DNA of 31,704 nt from Vicugna vicugna (lineage: Eukaryota): positions 2,543,690-2,575,393 of the forward strand of contig MU058384.1 in assembly GCA_013265495.1 (NCBI GenBank). Reading direction: 5' to 3'. A program made the position numbers and the translations under genes. Of this stretch, positions 11,620 through 22,378 are shown one piece after another. How positions within the stretch are numbered: position 1 is the first letter of the stretch; every line of letters begins with the position of its first letter. The notes below the pieces were generated by a model. That model searched no databases. It had not been told where the DNA came from and saw nothing but the letters and a program-made list of their open reading frames with translations.

Positions 11620-11842
11620 CTATTTTTATTTCTTTCCCTTTTTTCTTGAAGTATAGTTGATTTATAGTACTGTGTTTCAGGGATACAACAAAGTGATTTG
11701 GTTATACATGTTTATGTATATATCTATATTCTTTTTTAAAAAATTCTTTTCTATTACAGTTTATTATAAGATATTAAATATAGTCCCCATGCTATAGAGT
11801 AAATCCTTGATGTTTATTTTGTATATAGTAGTGTGCACCTTT
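11620..11842 (-). mobile_element. Short L1 3' end (cetartiodactyl type)
   Basis: T-rich tail then ttgaagtatagttgattta..aaagtgattt..ttataagatatt.aatatagt.ccc.tgcta. Similar to the copies at 11968 and 13636. Confidence 0.8.
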
Positions 11843-11967
11843 TGAAATATTCTTAATTCAAACCAGTTTTTAAAATTTACATGAGACTAGTATTTCTTTT
11901 AATTTAAAGGGCCAACTCTGAGATGAAAACATTGAATTGTTAAATGTTAAATATTTTTATTACAGTG

Positions 11968-12432
11968 CTTTTAAAAATTGAAGTATAATCAGTTTACAAT
12001 GTTGTATCAGTTTCTGGTGTACAGCATAATGTTTCAGTCATATACATACATATATTCATTTCATATTCTTTTACATTTTAGATTACTACAAGACATTGAA
12101 TAAAGTTCCTTGTGCTGTACAGAAGAAACTTGTTGTTTATCTATTTTATATACAGTAGCTAGTATCTACAAATCTCAAACTCCCAATTTATCCCTTCCCA
12201 CCCTTTTCCCCGCCTGGTAACCATAAGTTTGTTTTCTGTGTCTGTGAGTCTGTTTCTGTTTTGTAAATAAATTCATTTGTGTCATTTTTTTTTAGATTCC
12301 ACATATAAGTGATATCATGTGATGTTTGTCTTTGACTTACTTCATTTAGAATGACAATCTCCAGGTTCATCCATGTTGCTGCAAATGGCATTATTTCATT
12401 CTTTTTTATGGCTGAGTAGTATTCCATTGTAT
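11968..12432 (-). mobile_element. 5'-truncated L1 3' end
   Basis: ORF2 tail [32 protein letters not shown] plus a full 3' UTR. It resembles the reverse complement of 14230-14686. Confidence 0.92.
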
Positions 12433-12659
12433 TTAACAGTGTTATAAAAACCCAAACCAACTGGAATTTTTAAAAGTGTATGAAAATCATGAATATATAC
12501 AGAACTATATTTTTAGTAAACTTTTTAGCAGGGATATATTTCTTAGTAGGAAAAAAATCTCCCTACTCTTCCTCATTTGAATACTTCCAAAGAGAACCCA
12601 CAGGAACAGGCTTCCTGTCAGAATTTTGGCCAGGAAAACTGAATTGTTTGTTTTAAGGG

Positions 12660-12785
12660 ATGTTGGCAAGCACTTCATGAGCCCTGTCACATGTGGGAAT
12701 GTGACTCAGAGAGGCAAAGTAATTTGCTTACAAACACACTGTGTTGATTTAGGACTAGGAGTCTAGTCTTCTGATTCCCAGGTGA
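12660..12785 (-). mobile_element. MIR fragment
   Basis: tgactcagagaggcaaagtaatttgctt..ctagtcttctgattccc, reverse MIR core. Confidence 0.55.
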
Positions 12786-12927
12786 TCACAACAGATTACG
12801 CAGTGACAGGGTAGAAACATACCTGTCCCAAACATAATTTGATGAGTTTACCCCAGATTTATAGCCAACCTTCCTTATGATAATCTTAGGATAGGATTTT
12901 TTTTGGGGGGGTATGCATATGCCCAGG

Positions 12928-13410
12928 ACAAGGTGTTTTAAACTGGCTATTGTCCTGTGGATTCCTTTGCAGTGTGGGGAGGTGTATGAATTCCTTTTCA
13001 GAATAATTTTAAATAACTTTAAATGCACAGAGTAAAATACATTTTATTACAAAGAAAACCAAAGCAGTTATCAAAATACTCACTTTTGAAATAGTTATAT
13101 GTATAGTTTATATACATAAAATATGTATTCTTCCCCATTAACATTAAATAACAAGATCTAGCAGTAGTTCTGATAGCAACTCTAGTGCTTCCCAAATATG
13201 ACAATTTTGAGGGATCTTCAGTAGGAAAAGATCAGTGACTTGGTGGGTAACAAGTCCCTGGACCTGGCCCCATCACTGTGGTTTGTTGCCTGCATTCCAA
13301 ATTGAAGCATGTGTTAAATTTACATGTCAGTAAAAATAAAGCTATACTTTTCCCCTTCCTTGTTCATGGACCCCTTAATTCTTTGTGTACCCCAGGTTAC
13401 AAGCCTCTGC
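12928..13410. mobile_element. Non-autonomous hAT/Charlie DNA transposon fossil (Charlie4-like)
   Basis: Internal ttcagaataat..taaatgca..taaaatacat..attacaaagaaaacca, and end ggacccc..ccccaggttacaagcctctg followed by ctctaaag (hAT target-like). Subfamily from memory. Confidence 0.6.
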
Positions 13411-13564
13411 TCTAAAGTAAAGCTATCTAGGGGTTGAATACATGAATAACTGCTCTTTATTTTATGCCTTCACCTACATTCTTCTATTTAGGGACCAAAC
13501 TTACAGCCTTTTAATTTTAGGTCAGATATACATTAGATTCTTAGAATAAGACTAAACTTCTTAG

Positions 13565-14805
13565 AGTAATTTTTGAAGAGTGATCCATAGGCTTTCTGTA
13601 TCAGAATCCTCTTTGAAAACTTGTCAAAATGCAGGTTGCAAATGATGACTGACAAGGGCTTAACTTTCAGAATATACAAACAGCTGGTACAACTCAGTAA
13701 CAAAATGAATCAAAAACAAGCCAATCAAAAAATGGGCAGAAGACCTAAATAGACATTTCTCCGAAGAAGACATACAGATGGCCAACAGGCACATGAAAAA
13801 ATGCTCAATATCACTAATTATCAGAGAAATACAAATCAAAACTACAATGAGGTATCACCTTATACCGGTCAGAATGGCCATCATTAAAAAGTCCACGAAT
13901 GATAAATGCTGAAAGAACCCTCCTATACTGTTAGTAGAAATGTAATTTGGTGCAGCCATTCTGGAAAACAGTATGGAGATTACTCAAAAGACTAAAAATA
14001 GACTTACTATATGATCCAGCAATCCTGCTCCTGGGCATATATCTGGAGAAAACTCTAATTCAAAAAGATGCATGCACCCTAATGTTCATAATGGCACTAT
14101 ATATAATAGCCAAGACATTGAAGCAACCTAAATGTCCATTGACAGATAACTGGATAAAGATGATGTAGTGTGTGTGTGTATCTGTATGTATGTGTGTGTG
14201 TATATATATATAATATATATGTATATATCCTACTCAGCCATAAAAAAGAATGAAATAATGCCATTTGCAGCAACATGGGTGAATCTGGAGATTGTCCTAC
14301 TAAGTGAAGTTGAGTCATACAGAGAAAGACAAATATCGTATGATATCACTTATATGTGAAATCTAAAAATATGACACAAATGAACTTATTTACAAAACAG
14401 AAACAGACTCATAGACATAGAAAACAAACTTATGGTTACCAAAGGGGAAAGGAGTGGGGAGGGATAAATTAGGAGTTTGGGATTAGCAGATACAAACTAC
14501 TATATATAAAATCGGTAAACAACAAGGTTTACAGGTGTACAGTATGGCACTGGGAACTATATTCAATACCTTGTGATAACCTATAATGAAACAGAATATG
14601 AAAAAGTATGTATGTATAACTGAATCACTATGCTGTATACCAGAAACTAACACAAAATTGTAAATCGACTATACTTCAGTTAAAAACTGCAGATCCCTGA
14701 GCCCTGCACCATTCTAAATGTGAGAATTTCTGAGGTCAAGCCTGGACACCTGCAAGTTCATCAATCAGTCCTATGGTTCTTCTATTACAAATTGAGACTG
14801 TTTAG
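13565..14805. mobile_element. MER5-like hAT element split by an L1 (about 13565-13635 and 14687-14805)
   Basis: atcagaatc..cttgtcaaaatgcag [L1] aaaactgcagatccctgagccc..gaatttctgagg..cctgg..ctgca..ttgaga. Confidence 0.6.
13636..14686 (+). mobile_element. 5'-truncated L1 (ORF2 C-terminus and 3' UTR) with internal (TG)n/(TA)n tract
   Basis: Peptides [32 protein letters not shown] and [16 protein letters not shown]. Imperfect TSD aaaatgcag / aaactgcag. Microsatellite at 14168-14228. Confidence 0.93.
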
Positions 14806-15895
14806 GGTAGCTGACCTAGTTCAGGTGTGTAAGTGAGCTAGGGTGGTAGGGAGGGGTCATACGTGAGGGGAGGCATGTTTTTGATACAGGTTGAGTCACT
14901 CAGCAAGCTGTTATTCTGTTGTGTTCATTACAAAGATTATATAAAGAAAACAATTTCTAGTTCTAAGACTGAATTTGGCTCTAATCCACACGGAGTGGGC
15001 TGTGTCTTTGCTGGTTAGCTAAAACATGAAGTGGGACTGTTGCAGCCACTGGCAGGAGGAGGAGATGAGATGCCTAAGTTGACCCAGAAGCAAGTATAAG
15101 GGAAGCTATGGAATCAGGTTGAAGGGGCACGGTTGGTTTACCTGTAGCAGTGGGAGGAACCGAACCTTTCACAACAGCTCACACCTCCAAGGGGAGAGAG
15201 TTTGGGACCTCAATGGAAGGTAAGCTGATGAGGCAGCCTTGCTCCTAAATTGGTGGAAACCATTCTGACGCTACCAAGGGTCATGACATTGGACTTGGGA
15301 GGGCTTGTCAGTTGCCAGCTCCGCAGGCAGTTCCTTGGAAAGAACTTTGCATTTGTAAGGGCAGCTGTCCTACCTCGCCCACCCCCAACTCCAGTTGCCT
15401 TGCAGAACCAAACATACTGTGATTTTAGCTTATTCACTACAAAAGCTGATATAAATCTCAGTCTACAACTTCATATGTCAAATCTTAATTTTGTTTTCCT
15501 CTAACTTAACTAAAAGGTGTTCTAAGCCTCCATTTGGCCAGGACGGCTGGTCACTCTGCTACTTCTACAGTGTTGAGTTGAGGTGTGGGGCTCTTTCTGC
15601 TACTCTGGGCCATGTTCAGGGATTGGGACTTCCCCCCAGACTTTCTGGCTAGACTGCAGCCAAGGAATACCTGCAGGACTGCCTTTAATGGGTTCTTAAA
15701 ATTGTAAATCTTGCCAGTGCAGGGGTCCTCTCTGACCTGCAGCCTTTCTGCTGTTAAACTTCATCTTCCTTTTATTTCCAGCCCAGGGAATTCAGTTCTA
15801 GTCAAAGAGGAAGGAATTCTTTTCCCTCACATTCCTAGAGAGTTTGTCTGCGCTCTCCCTTTCAGTGACATCCTTCCCTCAAAACTCACAGTTAA

Positions 15896-15919
15896 ACATA
15901 CACACACACACACTCACAC
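15896..15919 (+). repeat. (CA)n microsatellite
   Basis: acatacacacacacacactcacac. Confidence 0.8.
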
Positions 15920-17344
15920 TGTTGGAATAAAAGAGCCAGAGAATCTCACAGGCAATTTACTGTCCTTCTGCCCCCATCATATCCCTCCCCTGAAACAATG
16001 AACCCTAAGCCAAGAATCTACTTGAATAGATACTGTATAGACATCAGATATGCTGTCAGTTTCCCAAGAAACCCATTTCTAAATGGTTTTGATCTGAGAG
16101 GTGCGTAATAATATGCATTTCTTCCACTTCAAAAATGAATCTATTCTAGAGTTTTTGAAGAATGTTATCTTTATAATTTGTTATATTAGGAAATCCATTA
16201 ATGTTTACTGATGTGATGGACATCTTAGGAGCAGATGAAAACAAAGCTTTGAATATTGAACTTTTAACAAAAATACAGCTGACAGTATCTTTAACTTTAT
16301 AATTGGTAAATTAACTTAAATACTCACCTTTTCAAGTTGAGTTATGATGGAGCCTTCTGTATCACAATATTTAACATCTAATTTATTTTAAGGTTATTCT
16401 TTCCTTGAGAGACTGGCAGCAGAAATGTTGTTTTACTTCCTTATATCATTTGCACTGGTTACAATAATAGCTCAATATAGCAAATAATTAATATATTGAC
16501 CTAAGGCAGACTAGGAAACCATATGAAAATTAAAGTTCAGTATTTGAGTTCTCTGCTCTGAACTGTTGTAAATCTGACCCCTTCACGTTGAAATAGTACT
16601 TCTTTCTTATTTAGAAGCTGCTTATAAATTTCTCTGGGATTCAGTTGTGCTGCTACCATCTCTGAGTTTGGATAACTGGATAGTTTGTTTCTCTGACAAC
16701 AAAACATTTTGTGCAACCAGATTAAATTAGCAGGGCAGACCCAGGGCACAAATGACTTGATGTTGCAAATAGAAATCTATAAATAAAAACAAACACGGAA
16801 GAGAGAAAAGGCATGCATAGAGTTCTCTTCCAAAAGCTGGAGATTATAGGAATGTTGGTCAGTATGTGAAAGCCACAATATTGCATTGTACTTCAATTTT
16901 ATTTTCACTTGCATTTTGCATCTACCTTTGAGTTGGATGGGAAAGTGGATTTTCTAATGAGTGATGTGAAGTATTTATCAAAGCTAAATTATAATACAAG
17001 TTTTGATCATAAGCCAAATAGCTGAAGCATATCAAGTCTCTAAAGACAAACATATAGATTTATGCACATACTGTATTTATTGCCGGATATTAATAATGGA
17101 AGAATTAGCTATTGACCTAGCATCTATTTCCAAAATGTTTAGTTAAAGAGATCTACATGGAGCTGCAGACCTCCTCATACAAGATTGGCATAAACTGTTA
17201 AGCTTTCTGTGTTGTACTCCATTCATGGATGTGAATGTCAAGGATATGTACATTTCAGTCTCAAGTATAAATCATCTTGCAGAATAGTGGGGCTATTTAT
17301 GAAAGTGGGTTATTCTCTAAACACATAGGAGTTAGCATTATCAG

Positions 17345-17555
17345 GCATTAGCATTTACAAGCACTGCGACATTGGGGGCTTTCATGTTACCTTGAAACAA
17401 CCCTCTAAGAGTTTATATTTATTTTACAGAGCAAGAACTTTGAGCTCTGTATACAATGTTGTCTGGTCTTCCTACTCCCAGGAAAAGGCAAAGCTTAGGA
17501 TGCAAACTCAGCTTTCTGGCTAAGGTCTAAGGTCTTCTCTACTCTGCCACAGCTC
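17345..17555 (-). mobile_element. MIR SINE
   Basis: Reverse MIR motifs acaaccctctaag, attttacagagcaagaact, aggatgcaaactcag, tactctgccacagct. Confidence 0.65.
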
Positions 17556-18332
17556 TCTATCCATAAACGTTGTCAGTCCCTTGTTGGTGATGTCCTTATG
17601 TGAAGTATGTTAGTGTCTATTTTAGTTTGATTTTGTTTGTACAGTGGAAGTGACTGAGTCTTAGTGGTACAACTGTGAGATTACCAGAGTGTATGACAGA
17701 ATGATAGAATCATGATTTAAGCTCATATACACAGATTCCACCCATTTTGTATGGCTTTTATCCCTCTATTGGACAAAGAGCTGTTTTCTGAAATCTGGGC
17801 ATGATTCCTAGGCTTATACTATTAACGGAAAGAGTCAGATTAAAAACTGCAAGCTGATAAGATAATGAAGTTGAAAGTGGCTGTATTTTCCTTTTCAATG
17901 TTACCTTTTAATAACAGTATTCCTATTTAGGGATATAGTTTGAACAAACTAACACATTCATTCAGTTTTTTTAACACATTCATTCATTAGTGTCTGCTAA
18001 TAATATGAATTTCATATCCATTTTCATGAAGAAAAACATCAAAATATTGCAAAATAATCCCTCTTTTTTAAAGGAAACAATCTTTTATCTATAGAGTAGA
18101 TATATTATTTATATAATACTATGTATAATATAGTGCAATACATATAATATATAATACGATAGATATTTTCTTCAGATATATTTTCTAGGCATTCACCAAA
18201 TTGTCAACAGTGATATCTGTTTTATAGGATTGGACAAGGGGGTTCCTTCAGTTATGAAATGCCAAGGGAAGGAATCTAGTTCATTTAGCAGAATTCTGTA
18301 AACAAGATATTTACATAAATTCTTTTGATGTA

Positions 18333-18393
18333 TTTATTCAGTAAAGGCAATCATTTCACATATCAGATTTTTTAATGCATTTGAATCTTTATT
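18333..18393 (-). terminator. Cluster of polyadenylation signals, candidate ARFGEF3 transcript end
   Basis: Minus-strand AATAAA at 18393-18388, ATTAAA at 18376-18371 and AATAAA at 18338-18333, followed by T/GT-rich TTTATGTAAATATCTTGTTT. Another AATAAA lies at 18772-18767. Confidence 0.5.
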
Positions 18394-20638
18394 CTACAAC
18401 ACAAGCAACATAAATACAGTATCTTTTAAAATATTTTCTCTTTAGAATTTTCATTTTCACTTCAGATAAAATGTACACAAAATACGGTTGCAAGCTTGCT
18501 TACAGGAACCTGTTAAACAACAGACAGATTATATCAAATCAAACAGTTATATCAACATATAAATGGGGGTAGTTTTCAATTTTTAAAAAATGTGACCAAA
18601 CTGACTAAATAAGAGGGCAAAAGAAAAACTGTACTTCCTTGACAAGTCCTTTGGAGTAAACAAAATGCTTCAAGGCTCCTGGTGAGTGGGGTTGCAAGGA
18701 TGAATTCTGCATTTAATGGATAAAATGATATACAGACTCAAATCATTATGGCTATACCAAGCTTCATTTATTTATAATTTTAAATGAAAACAAGTCTAGT
18801 CTTTGGCATAATCTAAAGGATAAAAGGACCCTTACCACCCATTGGCTTTACTGAGAGTGGGAGATGGCAGTAGGGGAACTAATTATAATGTAATTTATTT
18901 AAGTCTATTCCTCTTAGAACAGCAGGAAAATTGTCTTGAATCATAGTCTTTTGGCATGATTAGGGCAATAAACTTATTCTTAATTCCCTCCCCCTCCCCT
19001 TCACCGACCCCCATCCACTAAAAACAAATCAAGAAACAAAACCCAAATAAAACCAGCCTTTCCCTCCAGGCACCTGCTCCTGCCCTGATCATGCCATACC
19101 TAGATCTTCTACCACATGGTTTCAATTGAAGTGAAACCAAAAATATCAAAAGCCTTAATCTTTGCTTTTGTGAGAAACTCAATTTTTATTAGAACCACTT
19201 TCAACAAAAATCAGATGAAACAAGTGCAGAGGGAGGAACACAGAAGTAGCCTGCACTTAATCATGAGGTAGCCACGGTGCCACTGGTGGCTGGGGGAGCC
19301 AAGGGCATGAGCTTCCCAACTTTAAGAGAAAGCATATTTTACAAGTTAGTTCAAAAGATTTGCTTTCAGATTCCTTCCTCCCCTTTTTTGGCACCAGTTG
19401 GTAAAACAAAAATAAGTTATTCCTAGAGATTAATTTTTAAAATTTAATTCAAAATCAATTATTTCTAAGAGAACTAAATGCACAAGAAATTTCCAAAAAT
19501 GATTATGGGAAACAAAACTGAAATAGAATAGCTTCAATTACTTCCATCAACAGAGGCAAGGATTTGAATCCTTGGTATAATTAACACTGATACACTTCCT
19601 CATCTCACTAATTTTAGTAAATACAGTCATTACTTTCTACTCATACAGCAGTTTCATTTAAAAAAATGTAAGGATACTTAAGAAGTCTTTAAAGAAATAT
19701 ACTGAATCAATAGAAATTATGTGCAATATAGTTTATACAGGGAGATGATTTTAAGATACTTAATTTTTCTCTTGAATTATTACCTCCACGGTCCTTATTT
19801 TTTGTTTTAATGTAAAAAGAATTTCCAAAGCGAACTAACTGAATAAAGAGTTAAGAGATAAACTAAGGCCCCATCTATATTTAACATGATTTCACTGTAT
19901 CCCCAAAGCATACGGATGCACTTTTACATTTTTCTCATCATTTCGAAGATGAGATAATAAATATGAGCTCAATTGTGTAGATAGGTGCACACACACAACA
20001 GATGTACTGAAAAGTCCTTAAAACAGGCACATGTGCTGCTCAAAAGAGAGTTGGTTCAGTTTGCAAATTCCCATGAAGCCATTTGGTAGACTCTTTACAG
20101 ATGCATAGGAAATTAAAACATTAATTTACCCTAGTTAAGTGAAAGATGAAGATACATCACATAGTATAATGTCATCTTGATATTTTGGTGACAAATGGGG
20201 GACATAAAACTACTGGCAAGCGAGCAACTACTCAAAAATTTCTGGAAGCCAGGAGCCAAGGTTATGATGGACTCAACATGGAAACATCTCATTAAAACTC
20301 TATGGACAGAAGAAATTAAAACATTACATACTTGAATTTAAAATCACCTTCAGTACAAGTCAAAGGGTCAACATGATACAAAAGATCATCCATAGACTTA
20401 ATGTTTCTAAATACAAAGACGAGAAGCTTATACTGATCTCACTGTTCCACAGAACTTATACATTCATTGTCTCCTAGTTTGTAAAAATCAACTGTTGGCA
20501 TAGTAAACCTGGAAACTGAACAGGAATGCTATAGAGAGTCCAATTCCAAGTTCTCTGCCCAAGGTGAAGTTCAGTCTTTCTCTAGTGATTGATAAGTCAG
20601 GCTGATCTTAAAGGGAGTAGTTGGTTATTTTTTCCAGG

Positions 20639-20814
20639 TAGTGGTTCTCAAAGCGTAGTCCCCAGCCCAGCAGCACAGGTCTCATCTGGGAACTTGTTAG
20701 AAATGCAAATTTCTAGGCCAACTGAGTCAGACATGCTAGGCAAGGGTCCAGCAAGCTGTGCTTTAACAAGCCCTCCAGATGATTCTGATGTGTGCTAAAG
20801 TTTGAGGACCACTG
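20639..20814. mobile_element. MER5A hAT MITE within the putative 3' UTR
   Basis: TIRs TAGTGGTTCTCAAA / TTTGAGGACCACTG. Internal ctgggaacttgttagaaatgcaaat and tttaacaagccctccagatgattctgatg. Confidence 0.9.
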
Positions 20815-22164
20815 TTCTAAAGTCAAAAGATACTAGACAACCACTACTTGAACCTTCAGGATAGGAATTACCAGTACAAACAATTCTTGGTGCTTGAAAA
20901 TGCTGGAAGGACCATAACTGGATGAAATTGACCAGCAGTTGACTGCAGTTTTGTCACTAAGATGGTCAACCAGTCTCTCCTCCCCAAACCACCCCCCACC
21001 ACCCTTGCATAATTGCACAAAGATAGAGGGAAAAGGTTTTGTACGGTGCTACTGGTGTGGTAGTGGGTTTTTCTCCAATTAATCAGTGCCACTCTATAAG
21101 GGAATCAGGCATTATTCTCAAGTGAGTTTCTCCTACACAGTCCCAGGGGATGATTTGGTTTTTTTTTGGTCTATCTTCCCTGAAGTAATAATTGTTTTTT
21201 GGAAATCTAAATGGTGTTCTAACCCAAAACCTTAAGTTATTAGTTAACTTCCACATCAAATACAAATATTACAATACAGCCAAAGGAAAGGGACCTCACA
21301 GAAAGACAAAGTTTTCTAGATCGCGCCACTAGTGAAAGAGGAAAAATTTTTTTTTTGGATGAGGCGTAACTATAAATGAGTTCTTTACCCAATTTCATAA
21401 ATCTTGCCATATGACAAGCTCATATATCCAATAAAAGTGCTTACAAATAGTCTTTTGCTTTTTTTAAGGCCACACGAAATCTCCCTAAGTGGTACCTAAG
21501 CAGATGTACGTGCTGTCATGTGCTTAATACAATATGTTGGATTTTTTCTTCTGCCTGTTTCCCTGTCTACAAAGCAAGTAGAAATATTTAGGTGTTATGG
21601 CCCATGGTTACTATGGATACTAACCTGGTGCCCTCAGTACCTGGATCTTTAATCAGTCTTGTCCGACTAGTTGCTTCCTCTTCAGAGAATGTGCATTTTG
21701 AAAAATGGTCATTTATTTTGCATATTCCCAAAGTTTGATGATGACCTACAATTTAGTCCTATATACTTCCTGGGGAAGCAAGTAGAGGCACTGTTGGCTA
21801 CAGGGCACTTTATTCTGAGTGATTAAACGGTAATTGAAAAAGGTCACTAAATCGTTCATGTCATTCTAGACACAGACTGCCGTGCTTTTCTGTGTAACAG
21901 CTGGCCGTGGACAGTATCATTCCGTCATTTGCACCTAATTTGGTGAGTTTTCTAAATTACCACTGAAGATCTGCTTTAACATTAAAGTTTAGATTTTATT
22001 TTCAAACCTAAAAATATTGTTACAGATGATCTTTCTGTGCCTAAACACTTTCTTTTTTAACCTGATTTGAAAAATCCCCATAATATAGATGTTCAATGAA
22101 ATATTCAGTTTAACTGTTTAATTCCTTGAAACACTGCAGTGTTTCCTCTATGCACTTAGACATC

Positions 22165-22378
22165 GTATTGTAGTGAGAGCCTGGTCTTCGAAATCAGGAA
22201 CATCTCTTTTGCAACCAACTCTGTCAGTTACTGGTTATCCTGGGTCAATTTCTTAACTTCTCTTGGTCTGTGACCTCATCTGAAAAAAGGAATACCTGTT
22301 CCACAAGATTACTGTGGGGAATTAAATAGGGTAATATAGGGAAAGGTCCACATTCTCAGAGGCACTCAGTGAATGTCA
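22165..22378 (+). mobile_element. MIR SINE (antisense in the putative 3' UTR)
   Basis: ctgggtcaatttcttaacttctct..cctcatctgaaaaaagg..aggcactcagtgaatgt. Confidence 0.75.

Noticed and set aside
18095..18165. AT-rich TATAAT-like stretch as a promoter
   Set aside because: Low-complexity (TA)-rich sequence with no CpG or other promoter context.
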